Positions 13,136 to 23,957 of a stretch of DNA of 64,000 nucleotides are shown one piece after another (within the stretch, counting starts at the first letter, position 1; the number at the start of each line of letters is the position of its first letter). The DNA comes from Heteronotia binoei. Lineage: Eukaryota. The position numbers were made by a program, and so were the translations under genes. The notes below the pieces were generated by a model. It saw only the letters and a list, made by a program, of their open reading frames with translations, was not told where the DNA came from and ran no database searches. The stretch is from positions 29,388,001 through 29,452,000 of the forward strand of contig NC_083237.1 of NCBI RefSeq assembly GCF_032191835.1, given 5' to 3'.

Positions 13136-13172
13136 AGGGTGCCCACCAGCAGGTCGATCGAGACGAGGCACC
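13111..13172 (+). other. -1 programmed ribosomal frameshift signal: G GGA AAC heptamer plus H-type pseudoknot
   Basis: Heptamer 13111-13117 in the gag frame, then a 5-nt spacer. Stem 1 pairs 13123-13131 with 13148-13156; stem 2 pairs GGTGCC 13138-13143 with GGCACC 13167-13172. pol is in the -1 frame. Confidence 0.85.
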
Positions 13173-16100
13173 GCTGACGGTGAGAGTGATGGGGAGATTG
13201 TATTTTGTGACTGTAAAGCTGCTGAACCCCAAGCTACGGAGGTTCTTGCAGATACGGGCCCTAGTAGACTCAGGGTGTAACAGAGAGCTAATCTCCCCCA
13301 AAGTGGTGGAGGCCTTGGGATTGGAGAGCTCGCAGCTACCCCACTCCATGCTGTTTGAGCAGATGGACGGGTCTGTGATGTGCGGAGAACCCTGCACACA
13401 CGAGACGCAGCCATGCCCCATGGGGATTGAGGAGCACTGGGACCAGGAGTTTTTCGTAATTGCCCCTTCCTGCTCGTACCCGGTAGTGCTGGGGGTGGGT
13501 TGGCTAGAGAAGCACGAACCCCTAATTCGCTGGAGAGCACAAACCATCAGATTCTTGGACCCCGGGTGCAAAGGACATTTGTGGAGCACGGCGTGGGGCC
13601 CGAAGGCTCCTGTCGCCAAAGAAAGGGCATGCGTGTCCGTAGAAGAGGTGCACCTGATTCCCAGCGCCTACCGTGACGTGATGGAAGTGTTTAGCGAAAA
13701 GGAGGCCAATCAGTTACCCCCCCACCGAAACACGGACTGCGCCATAGAACTGATCCCTGGGGAGACCCTACCCCGAGCTAAACTATACCAGATGGGGTGG
13801 GCAGAGAAAAAGGAACTCCGCAAGTTCCTGGACCAAAACTTGGCGAGGGGGTTCATCAGACCCGCCACGGCCCCCCACGCCGCCCCCGTGCTTTTCCGAA
13901 AGAAGAAGGATGGCTCGTTTAGACTTTGCACAGATTTTCGCGGGATAAACGCGATATCCATGTCGAACGCCTACCCCATCCTCCTCATACGAGACTTGCT
14001 AAGCACCGTGGCGGGAGGGAAAATTTTCACCAAATTGGATTTGCGGGATGCCTACTTCCGAGTGCGCATCAAGGAGGGGGATGAGTGGAAGACAGCATTC
14101 AATACCCCGATGGGACAGTTTGAATACCTAGTCATGCCTTTTGGATTGCAGGGGGCACCAGGGGTGTTCATGAACTTTATCAATGATGTGCTAAGAAAAT
14201 ACTTGTACAAGGGGGTGGTGGTGTACCTGGATGACATCATTATTTATTCTCAGGACGAACAATCACATGTAAAATTGGTGAGGGAGGTGCTCAGCACACT
14301 GCTGAAGCACCAACTGTATGCCAAACTGTCTAAATGTGAATTCCACCGAACGGAGCTAGATTACCTAGGCTTCCGAGTGTCCGGGCTGGGGTTGGCCATG
14401 GACCCCGCAAAGGTCCAAGCAGTGCTAGAGTGGGCCCCCCCGAGGACATGTAGACAACTCCAATCATTTCTCGGGTTCGCAAATTTTTACAGGCAATTCA
14501 TAGAGGGGTTTGCCCGGATTGCCCTACCTCTGACCGACCTTTTAAAAACCAAGGGGAAAGGTCCGGAGGCCAAGCGGCCGGGGGCCGGCCTAAACTGGAC
14601 CCCCGAGTGTCAAAACACATTCGACCACCTGAAACACCTGTTCACTAGCGAACCGGTCCTAAGCCACCCAGACGAGCAAAAGGCCTTCGTGGTCCAATGC
14701 GACGCCTCCGACGTGGCCGTAGGAGCCATTCTCATGCAGAGGGATGGGGAGGGAAAGTTGCGACCCTGCACCTACATCTCCCGGAAGTTTTCAGACAAAC
14801 AACGAAATTGGTCGGTCTGGGACAAGGAGGCGTTCGCGGTCATGTTCGCTCTGAAAACTTGGAGATCTTGGTTGGAGGGGGCCAAAGTGCCGTTCGAAGT
14901 GTGGACGGACCACAAAAACCTAGAAGCACTGACAGGGAAGCGCAAGCTCAGCGAAAAGCAGATTAGGTGGGCCGGGTTCTTCTCCAAATTCGACTTCACC
15001 CTGAGGGACATCCCGGGGACGAGAAATTTCTTGGCTGATGCGCTCTCATGGCTCCCGCAACACGAGAGTCAAAAGGAGGAAGTGGTGGACTCCCTAATCC
15101 CACCGTCCCAAGTGGCGGCCATGGTCACCACCCGTTCCCAAAAGAAAAGAGAGCTGGAGAGGATCAGCCGGGAGCGCATCGCCCTGGAAACCGAGAGGGA
15201 GGGAGGTGGGCGCCCCGAAGGGGTACAGAAGGGGAAGGACGGACTGTGGTACAAAGGGGAAAAGCTTTACATCCCAGAGTGCTTGAGGCAGGAAATCTTG
15301 CAACTCTGTCACTCTTCCAAACTGGGGGGGCATTTTGGCTATGTAAAAACTCTGCACCTGGTAAACCGACAATTCTGGTGGCCGTCCCTATGGAAGGACG
15401 TGTTGGGGTTTGTCACGGGCTGCCCTGTGTGCATAATGGCCAAACGGGAGGGGGGAAAACCACCCGGACTCCTACAACCACTAGAAACGGCAAAACGACC
15501 CTGGGCGGTGGTGTCCATGGATTTCATAGTGGAACTTCCCCCCTCCCAGGGAAAGACAGTCATCCTAGTCATAGTGGACACTTTTTCTAAGCAAGCGCAT
15601 TTTATCCCCTGCCCCCAACTGCCCACGGCAAAGAAACTAGCGGCCCTATTCTTCGACCACGTGATAAAATTACACTCATTTCCCGACAAGGTCATTAGCG
15701 ACCGCGGGCCGCAGTTCGTTGCCACCTTTTGGTGGGAGTTCTGCAAATTAGTAGGAATGGAGCAAGGGTTGAGCTCAGCCTACCATCCCCAGACGGAGAG
15801 GGTGAACGGGGTGCTGGAGCAATACTTAAGGTGTTTTGTAAACCAACGCCAATCCGACTGGGTAGATTTGCTCCCCTTTGCAGAGTATTGCTATAACAAC
15901 AGTATGCAGAGCTCCACCAAAGCCTCCCCCTTCTCCACAGTGTTCGGCTATGAGGGGAAGCCGATCCCTCTGCTGCCGGGAGGAAATGACCAGGGGACCC
16001 CCTCGGCTTTTGAGCAATGGTGGCAGGGGCCGAGTAACAGCTGGCCAACCATCAAGGAAAACTTAGAGGCAGCGAAAGAATCATACAAAAAGCAGTACGA

Positions 16101-16461
16101 CAAATCACACGCCCCAGCGGGGGAGTTCAAGGTGGGGGATTCAGTGTTCCTGTCGACCAAAAATCTGCCTCTCAGCCAGCCCTCCAGGAAACTGGCTTAC
16201 AAATTCCTGAGGCCCTTCCGAATTAAGAGAGTAATCAATCCAGTAACTGTGGAACTAGAGTTGCCGCCCGCTTTGGGTAAAATCCACCCTGTGTTTCATT
16301 GCAGCTTGCTCCGCCGGGACCCCGGGCCGTCGAGTTGGCATCCTCCCCCCTTGGGGGCCCTCGCTGCCCCGCCGGTCGACCGCTGCCTCGTCAGTCAAGA
16401 AGCCAGGGATTGTAAAGCAACCCAGCCTCCTCCGCAGCCACGCGCCGTAGAGGGGGCTTAG
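13126..16461 (+). CDS. Gypsy Pol (protease, reverse transcriptase, RNase H, integrase); probably defective
   Basis: Open -1 frame of ~1100 codons: ALVDSG protease, YLDD RT (14224-14235), RNase H (CDASD...TDHKNL), integrase HHCC and D,D,E motifs. Lesions: TGA at 13123-13125 right after the slippery site, HPQT^ERVN lacking the usual DGQT, and no chromodomain. Confidence 0.9.
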   Translation, partial: PALKGAHQQVDRDEAPLTVRVMGRLYFVTVKLLNPKLRRFLQIRALVDSGCNRELISPKVVEALGLESSQLPHSMLFEQMDGSVMCGEPCTHETQPCPMGIEEHWDQEFFVIAPSCSYPVVLGVGWLEKHEPLIRWRAQTIRFLDPGCKGHLWSTAWGPKAPVAKERACVSVEEVHLIPSAYRDVMEVFSEKEANQLPPHRNTDCAIELIPGETLPRAKLYQMGWAEKKELRKFLDQNLARGFIRPATAPHAAPVLFRKKKDGSFRLCTDFRGINAISMSNAYPILLIRDLLSTVAGGKIFTKLDLRDAYFRVRIKEGDEWKTAFNTPMGQFEYLVMPFGLQGAPGVFMNFINDVLRKYLYKGVVVYLDDIIIYSQDEQSHVKLVREVLSTLLKHQLYAKLSKCEFHRTELDYLGFRVSGLGLAMDPAKVQAVLEWAPPRTCRQLQSFLGFANFYRQFIEGFARIALPLTDLLKTKGKGPEAKRPGAGLNWTPECQNTFDHLKHLFTSEPVLSHPDEQKAFVVQCDASDVAVGAILMQRDGEGKLRPCTYISRKFSDKQRNWSVWDKEAFAVMFALKTWRSWLEGAKVPFEVWTDHKNLEALTGKRKLSEKQIRWAGFFSKFDFTLRDIPGTRNFLADALSWLPQHESQKEEVVDSLIPPSQVAAMVTTRSQKKRELERISRERIALETEREGGGRPEGVQKGKDGLWYKGEKLYIPECLRQEILQLCHSSKLGGHFGYVKTLHLVNRQFWWPSLWKDVLGFVTGCPVCIMAKREGGKPPGLLQPLETAKRPWAVVSMDFIVELPPSQGKTVILVIVDTFSKQAHFIPCPQLPTAKKLAALFFDHVIKLHSFPDKVISDRGPQFVATFWWEFCKLVGMEQGLSSAYHPQTERVNGVLEQYLRCFVNQRQSDWVDLLPFAEYCYNNSMQSSTKASPFSTVFGYEGKPIPLLPGGNDQGTPSAFEQWWQGPSNSWPTIKENLEAAKESYKKQYDKSHAPAGEFKVGDSVFLSTKNLPLSQPSRKLAYKFLRPFRIKRVINPVTVELELPPALGKIHPVFHCSLLRRDPGPSSWHPPPLGALAAPPVDRCLVSQEARDCKATQPPPQPRAVEGA

Positions 16462-16470
16462 GGGGGGCAG
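16451..16470 (+). other. Polypurine tract
   Basis: AGGGGGCTTAGGGGGGGCAG immediately 5' of the 3' LTR. Confidence 0.8.
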
Positions 16471-16472
16471 TA

Positions 16473-16903
16473 TGTCAAGTCTGCTATGAATTCTGTATGT
16501 GGCTAAGCTGCTTCTTTGGTTCAGGAAAGGGATCCTGGGTAAAACCACACTGTATGCCAATGCTGCTAGCTCAACCTCTCCTCTCCCCCCCTTTGTTATG
16601 TAGCAATGCTTTGAAATGGGAATATGGGAACAAGATTGTAGAGCCTTCTCAGAGGAGCGTGGGAGGTGCCAGGAAGACGCTCAAGGCCGATACAGGCCTG
16701 AGAACGAAATAGTAACATCAATGTGTGAATGTGCCCTGCATAGAGTGCCCCTCCCTTAAGAATGCCTTTGATGTATACCTTATATGCTTGCTTTGTTTGT
16801 ATACTCGCCAGTCTTTCAACTTCGTTCTATAGTCCAGCAACATGTTACAATAAACTAGAAACTTTATCAAAAAGGTCTCGTTATTGAAACATCAGACTTG
16901 ACA
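16473..16903 (+). repeat. 3' LTR (431 bp)
   Basis: Matches the 5' LTR base for base apart from two 7-nt-shorter sites in U3. Confidence 0.95.
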
Positions 16904-17376
16904 GGCAGGGAAGAAACCAAGAATTAAAACTAAAATTTTAACAGATGCAAAAGAGAGAGGCGGATTTCAATTACCAGACTTTTGGCTGGCATGCTTATAT
17001 GTATTATGGGAAAAAAAGATAGATGGCTTTTTCTCTCACCATTATATAAGAAATAGCTTGCTAAATACATGGATGAAATATAAGAAATATGGAGATGAGA
17101 GAAAACCGTTATGGATAGTGCCAGCCGAAGTGATAAAAATAACAGGTGAGACAGGTGAAGAAAAGTGGTTGTCATATAATCAACTATTAAAAATACAAAG
17201 TGGCAAAATAGAATTGAAAACTGCTGAACAGCTGAACAATAAATATGACTGGTTTCAAATGCAACAAAGCTTGGTGGAGAATGACATTGAAACTGAAGGA
17301 ATAAGAAAAAAGCAAACAAATGCAAAAAGTTCTGCTTGGAGAAAACAAAACATTAATTTCAAAATTATATAAATTA

Positions 17377-17556
17377 CAGTATTTTTTGCACCATAAGACT
17401 CACTTTCCCCCCCCAAAAAAGTGGAGGGAAAAGTGTGTGCGTCTTAAGGAGCGAATACTGCAAAAAATTCACACAAATGCCTCTAAATTCACACAAACGG
17501 CTCTAAAAACTAGGTGCGTCTTATGCTCAGGTGCGTCTTATGGAGCGAAAAATACG
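17377..17556. mobile_element. Tc1/mariner(pogo)-type MITE inserted in L1
   Basis: ~26-bp imperfect TIRs (CAGTATTTTTTGCACCATAAGACTCAC / GTGCGTCTTATGGAGCGAAAAATACG) with a TA TSD. Removing it restores the L1 frame LYKL|LLKWSTEDE. Confidence 0.85.
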
Positions 17557-18240
17557 TACTTTTAAAATGGTCTACGGAAGATGAAGTAGTGAAATCTCAA
17601 ATGATTAAGTGGGCAATTAATGTAAATAAAGAAATACAGATGGAAACTTGGGAATATTTGTGGAAGAATTCTATGAAGCTTTCGACGTGTCATAGTATTA
17701 AAGAGAACTGTTTTAAAATGATGTACAGATGGTATATGACTCCTAATAAATTGGCAAAGATGCCAGACAGATGTTGGAAATGTAAAAAACATGAAGGTTC
17801 TTTCTACCATATGTGGTGGACTTGTGAAAGAGTAAAAAAGTATTGGCAGATGATTCAACAAGAAATTTCTAGGATCTTGGGATATGAATTTAAGAAAGTT
17901 GCAGAGACTTTTCTGTTGGAATTACAAATGGAAAAATTTCCAAACGAAGATAGAACTATAATTTGGTACTTGCTTTCAGCTGCTAGGGCATTATATGTGC
18001 AGTTGTGGAAGCAAGAAAAATATCAGAGAAATGGGACTGGATTGTAAAAGTTATGACATGGAGTGAAATGGACAAATTAACAAGAATTTTAAGAGACTAT
18101 GATTTAGAAGTTTTTAAGATGGAGTGGAAAAAGTTCAGAAGATATGTAGAAAAAGAGTGGAAAATAAAAGGACATTGGACAATTTTTGATAATGATTAAG
18201 TCTTAGAAAAAAGAAGAATATTAATTTTTGTTTTTATTAG

Positions 18241-19098
18241 TGTGGAGAAACTCCATTTTAGTCAGTGGTGGTGCTTCATTTGGCAGGGGTCAGTAAATCC
18301 CTCAGCAGGCTTTGTAGCCTTCCCCTCACTCCCCCCCTCCCTTCCAGAGCCAAACTAACAACGCTAGGGGGGAAATCTCCTAGAGAGGCAGGAAGTGCTT
18401 TTGTTCTTGCCATGTGTTAGGCAGGAAGAGAGTTCAGTTCTCAGCTGCAGCTCGAAGGAAGAGGTTGCCAGTGGGAGAGCTCCTGCCTGTGCATGCGGCC
18501 TATTCAAAAGAGAATGAGGCCTCCAGGCAGTAAGACAAAGTAAGTAATTCACAAGACAGGGCAAGTTTAGATCAGGGCCAGCAGGACGCGTTTATAACAC
18601 ATTTTGTTTGTCAGGCTGTTTGCTGTGCGTGTGCTGTGCTAACTTTTTAAATGCAACTGTTTTTGTTTTGTTTTTCTTTTCCTATCTGTTTCTCTTTTTA
18701 AATAAATATATTTTTACTGTTTAAATGCTGGCAGTCAATCTCTGTACCACATAGATCCCCAGACCGCTTTAGACCACGCTGTTTTTAGGAAGGGGGCCCC
18801 AGGGAAGGGGGAAGGCATGCAGTTGGATAAGGTGCCAATCCTCCAGGGGTGCCCCAAAGAAGTGCTGAGGTCTCTGTGAAACCCAAGTACAGGGTGGCAG
18901 AGGACCTGGAGGCCTAGCCTCACAGCTGGAGAGGGGGATTGGGAGTCCTGTTCCTCTCAATCTGAACCCCTAGACTGAGCAGGTGGTGGCAGCGAGCCCA
19001 AGGGGCAGGAGGAGAAATAGCTCCCTCCAGGAGTTGGCGACTCAATAGGGAGCTGACGGGACCGGGTCTGAAGGCAGAATCGGGCCGGTTCCGTCACA
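18241..19098 (+). mobile_element. Solo LTR (858 bp) inserted in the L1 3' UTR
   Basis: TGTG...CACA termini with a perfect 5-bp TSD ATTAG (18236-18240 / 19099-19103) and an internal AATAAA near 18700. L1 sequence resumes after it. Strand inferred from the polyA signal. Confidence 0.8.
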
Positions 19099-19599
19099 AT
19101 TAGTTAAGGGTACCTTTAAACATTAGTACTTTAAGTAAATAACACTGGCGGGGGTCAAGTAACGGGGGGAGGGGTGGGTATTAATATATAGGATAGATAA
19201 AAGAAGTTATTAATGATGCAAGAAATATAATTTGTTACCATATGTTACCAAATAAAATTGTTTCAACCAAGTTTTCTGTTCTCTTCCTTTCTCTTCTTGC
19301 TGTTTTCTCCTCCTGCCCCATGTCCAAGAAGGCAGAACTAGGTAGGGAGAACTCGAAGTGAGGAGGCAGAGTTGGATGGAGAGCATATGGCTGCCCTGTT
19401 AATCTTAGCGGTGGCAACTACCTGCCAAAGAAACTGGCCTGAATTCGTTTACGGGGTTTGCAACCGGCAATTATTGCAATCACCGAGGCAGATCAGAACC
19501 AAACAAGTCTGTAAAGACGCTTGCAAATGCGCAGACCGGGCTGAAACCCCACAGATGCAGCTTCCTCCCGCGACCCCATTCGATTCATTCAAAGGAAGC

Positions 19600-21120
19600 T
19601 TCCCCAGCTGAATCTCTGCATCTCATCTGCAGGCCCGAAGGACACAAAACAAGCCTGCGGAGGACACAAAACAAGAACCTTACCCGAAGTTTTCCCGAAT
19701 GGATCCAACTTCTGGCCTCAGATCTCCGCAACTCACGCTCTTCCGCCCTTCCTGAAGCCCCGCCTGTTCCTCCTTCCCACTATCCTCCTTAACTCGGCCT
19801 CTTCCTCCCAAAATCGACGCCCCTCCCCCCGCAGTCTTTCCTCTTAACCAGGTTGACCTCCCTCTGCTTTGCCAAGCAAGCCTTTCTCTTCTCACCCTCT
19901 TCCAGCTTCCGGCTTCTCCCGCTCTTCCCCGGGTTGTTTTCCGGCACTGGCGCAGGAGCTTGGCCCGCGACTTGTTTATGCTGCGTCCTCCCCGTCGGCT
20001 CGCTAGAGGGAGCCAACGTGCAACAGGAGGCGGAGGCAGCAGCGCCGCGGTAGTAGAATCGGCCCCTCCCCTGCCTAGCGGAGTCCGAAATCCCGCCCCT
20101 GCGCTAAAAATAACATTTTGAGCTTCCATTTTTGGCTGGCAATTTCAGGGCCTCCGTCCAAGTTTTTTTCTTCTCCCGTTTCTCTTTCTTTAGCGGTCCA
20201 TTTTTCTCATTCTCAGCCGCGCCTGTGTGCATGGGGGGGAGGGATAATCGGAACCCCGGCCTGCCTTACAAGATTGTTGTACACATTAAAAGGACGGGAG
20301 TGGCCTTCCTCTACTCTCAAACTGGACCAGTTTATTCCAGTTAGCGAAAAGTGTATTTCACGCCCCTCCCCGTCTCGCAAGCAGCCCAGACCGCACAGAG
20401 GCCGCTATTTCCCTTTTTTAAAAAGCCACGCTGGAAAGATCTTCGGATTTCCTTGTGCGACGCCTAGTCCCGAGAAATCCATAAATGCACGCGAATGGGC
20501 AGAGAGCAGGCTGCCGCCTTTCGGGTGACACAGAAGTTGCTCCGAGCAAAGCTTGCTCTAACAAAATGACGTCACACACCTGGGCTGCAGCTCACCCGGT
20601 GATGCTGAGTTGGAGGGGGCCGCTTTGCAGGAAGGGTTTAAAAGACAACCAGGAGGGTCTAGAGCCCCGCCCCGCCTGGGAGCCCTCCCGCGACTCTGCC
20701 TGCCCTGCCAACTGACTCCCCTTCCCAAGCCCCTTGAGCTCCTCCCCAGATCCTCAAACACGCCCCCCCCCCATTCTGCCTCGCTTTCTGCCCACCCATT
20801 TCCTTCCCCCTGTCCTGTGCCTGGAATTTGCTTCCCCTCCCTTCCATCCTGCATCCCAGCAGAGAAGAAATCCCCTTTCTGCGCTCTAGGTGGCTGTGGG
20901 TAGGGGTCCCGGCCCCCGGAGATCCACGCTCCCTCCCTAGACCTTCCTGACCCAAGGCCAAGGTGAGAGGCGCAGACCAGCGAAGTTGGTGGTTGCGGGG
21001 AGGGGAGAGGAGGGGGGAGATGCGCAGAACCAGGACTGGGCAGTGGGCAGGAAAAGAAACGGGAGACAGCTAAAGATGGGGAGAGGGATTTTGATTTATT
21101 GACCTGTGAGATTTTCCGGG
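19600..21120. promoter_or_regulatory. CpG island / bidirectional promoter for POLR2L (-) and TSPAN4-like (+)
   Basis: CpG-rich. Minus-strand donor GAGC|GTGAGT at 19736 and plus-strand donor CAAG|GTGAGA at 20963. CRE TGACGTCA at 20567-20574. Same head-to-head layout as human POLR2L/TSPAN4. Confidence 0.7.
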
Positions 21121-21125
21121 GCGCC

Positions 21126-21770
21126 GTGGATTTCCCCCCCTCCAGGTCCCCATAGGTGCATGGTCGGCAAGTTCACTTCTTTCTTCTTAACCAGGTTGGC
21201 CTGAATGCGCTTTGTTAAAAGCCAGACAAAAGAAAAAAAGATTTATGGCTTCATGTAGCAAAGACATGCAACCCCCTTCAGAATACTTCTCTAAAGCCAG
21301 AAGTGGAAGTGGGGGGTGGGGAGGTGTAGATGGAATCTGGATTATATTTTATTTCTCCCCAGAGGGAGCCGTCTTGGCCACCAAATCTGGAATGGGTGGC
21401 TGGATGTCAAGAATTGGGGCGGGGGGGGGGATTTCTGGCAGGAAAGGCTAAAAATGCAGTGTTTGGAATGTGGGGAAAACAGCGTAAAACTTGGCAATCT
21501 CCTTTCCTATGGTCCCAATAACTGAAGGGGCTTTCCAACAATATGGGGAAAGGCATTCTCAGTTCTGTGACCCCTCCCCACATATGGTGGAAATCAGGGC
21601 ACCCCAATATGATGCCCCACCATCCCATCCAGTCTCATGAGTCATCAAAGAAAAGTCTCTCTTTTCTTTCTGAACCTGACTTTTAAGTAGACCACAGCAT
21701 GGTAATGGGTTGCAACATATGCTTCCTCTCTCCCAAATGAAAATGTTAGGAGTAAGTGATCTTGCCTATA
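21126..21770 (+). repeat. ~600-bp duplicated block, copy 2 (copy 1 at 2651-3255)
   Basis: Co-linear similarity to 2651-3255, with a ~50-nt extra segment near 21190-21270. Confidence 0.85.
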
Positions 21771-22725
21771 TATGGAACCAGTGTGGTGTGGAGAGCTGGA
21801 TTTTGAATGAGAAGAGTTGGGTTCAGCTATCAAGTTCACCTTGGGCTGGTGATTCTCTCTCAGAACAGCCTGCCTCACAGGGTTGGTGTGGGGATAAAAT
21901 GAGAGGGGAAAGACTATGCATGCCACACTGATTGCTTTGGAGGAAGGGCAGGATTTAAATAATAGATTCTCTGATGGTTTGATCCTGTGAGGGGATTCCT
22001 TGGAATCCATCCTTCAGTCTCTTGAACTCGCAGCCCTGCCTGATACCCAGTTCTTGCGCTATAAGCAGCATGTAGGAAGGGTGGGGTGCATTCCCCCCTT
22101 CCCATTGTTTTAATTTTAAAAAATTGAGTGACAATTTGAGCACTCATGATGACAACATAGTTATTATGAGGTCTTCAAATGCCTCGCTTTTTTGTAACTG
22201 AATTGTGACTGTATCTGGAGTAGGCCTATAAGCCTTGCTGGGAATCCTCTACTGAAACTGGAAATAGTCACCTTGACTCTACCTCTATTTTGCTCCCCGC
22301 CCCCATGCTAAGCCAAGATATTTTACCTCAGTTTGCATTTATGATCTCCCAGCTTTGAAGCAAAATGGGGTTTCCTGTTACACATTTTTTTTTCAGTGTT
22401 AAAAGGCAGCCCAGGGAGAGGAGTTCAGGACTGGAGACATATCTCAAGGAAGGTTCCCCCCCCCTTAACCCTTTCCCACCTTCTGTTTTCTTGATAAAAA
22501 TATCCTTCCTCCCCCAGTCTGAGAGCAGTGCAGAGTTTGACTTTTTCATGTTGGAGGTAGCACTAAAGAACATTAAGTGGGCATATTTTGGGTTTGAGGG
22601 GGGGCTCTTCCTATAAACTTGACATAATTTAGGAGTTTAAAGTGTCCTAATTTTGCTGTTCCCCCATGGGATTTCTTTTGCCTTAGCTGGCATAATGTTT
22701 AAATCAGGCCTTAGAAGAGGCATTA

Positions 22726-23052
22726 AGAACATAAAGAGAACTCTGCTGGATCAAAGCAGTGGTCCACCTAGTCCAGCATCCTGTCTCACACAGTGGCCAA
22801 CCAGTTCCTCTGGATGGCTAATGACAGAGCACAGAGACCGAGGCCGTTCTCTGGATGCTGCCTTCTGGCTCTGGGATTCAGAGGTTGATTTCCTCTGAAT
22901 GTGGAGGTTCTCCTCAGTCAAGATGGCTAGTAGCCATTGACCGACGTCCTTCATTAATCTTTCTAATCCCCTTTAAAAGCTGTTTATTCCTGCAGCTATC
23001 ACTGCATCCTCTGGCAGTGAATTCTACATTTAAATCACACGCTGTGTAAAGA
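22726..23052 (-). mobile_element. CR1 LINE 3' fragment
   Basis: Same 3' UTR family as 9291-9725 (AAGAACATAA...CTGCTGGATCA...AGTCCAGCATCCTGTCTCACAC). Confidence 0.75.
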
Positions 23053-23957
23053 AATGAGTTTGAGAGAAAGGGGTGCCTCTTCCAAGATACTGTGTGCTAC
23101 TCATAATTTTTTTGTAAGGACTGTATTAATTCCTTTAGAAAGCACATCTCTACTGCCAGATTAATCAGGAACACCTTAGTAATCAATGGGTTGGATCCAG
23201 TCAGCTTTTTCACTCTGTCTTGCCCAGTTTTCCTCTTTATTACATCCCCCACCACACATGGCTGTTGTTTGTGCGAGCCAAAAGCATAGCCTTTTGGCCT
23301 ATCCAAAGGGACCCCTTCCTTCCTTATTCCCCAGCAGAGACACTGCCTGGATCCAATCCCATCAGTATTAATTTACTATTCTATTTGATAAGTTGGTTAA
23401 AAAGTTCCAACTTTTAAAAAAGGCCTGTTTCTCACATACAGGGTGATGAAATGGTAGGACGGTGAGGCAGTGGAATGGACTGCACCACTACAGACTTCTG
23501 GGGGGGGGAAGTAAAAACTCCCTGCAAGTAGAAAATCAGCACAGAATGCAAAGAGAGGGAGAGAACCATTCTCCTGGTTGCATAAGCTTTCTATATGTGG
23601 GAAGATTCTTTTTCTCCCATGTGAACAAACATTCAAAAATGGGACCCCGCTGCCTGCATTCTGAAGTGGTACATCCAATTGTACCTCTTCAGGGTTTTGC
23701 CCTTTGTTGTGATTTTGTTCTGCTGCATGTGCGAATCAGCCCTTCACATGTTTTAAGAGTACACTTGAAAATAAACGTGAACAGCAAGGTTTGGGGAAGT
23801 CAAGCCAGTGCTTACAAACACTCGTGTTTTAGTCCTTAGGAGGTCAGGACTGGCTGCCCCGCCATAAAGTAATAGACCTAGGTTAGCTGTATGTAATGTG
23901 TGAAAAGGTCCAGAATCACTGTGTAATTCTAACCCTTTTCTTCTAGATCCCTCCAAG

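Larger units (their letters stand above)
11138..16903 (+). mobile_element. Full-length Ty3/Gypsy LTR retrotransposon of the Tf1/sushi (PEG10-related) group
   Basis: Paired LTRs with an 11-bp terminal inverted repeat TGTCAAGTCTG...CAGACTTGACA. 5-bp TSD GGCGG/GGCAG (4/5). gag, pol (PR-RT-RH-IN order) and a PPT before the 3' LTR. Confidence 0.97.
10750..19267 (+). mobile_element. 5'-truncated L1 LINE (~1.7 kb net) interrupted by three nested insertions
   Basis: 20-bp TSD CAAGTTTTCTGTTCTCTTCC at 10730-10749 and 19268-19287. L1 pieces at 10750-11137, 16909-17376, 17559-18240 and 19104-19267. They encode ORF2 motifs (VKYLGV, KMNILPRIMYLFQ, FVWAGKKPR across the Gypsy junction, CWKC...HMWWTC zinc knuckle) with frameshifts. 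Confidence 0.9.

Noticed and set aside
11819-13619. Several 180-205-aa antisense ORFs over gag/pol
   Set aside because: Expected by-product of GC-rich coding sequence; no motifs.
19680-20129. 149-aa minus-strand ORF at the POLR2L promoter
   Set aside because: Overlaps the CpG island and presumed 5' UTR exon; no domain; likely chance.
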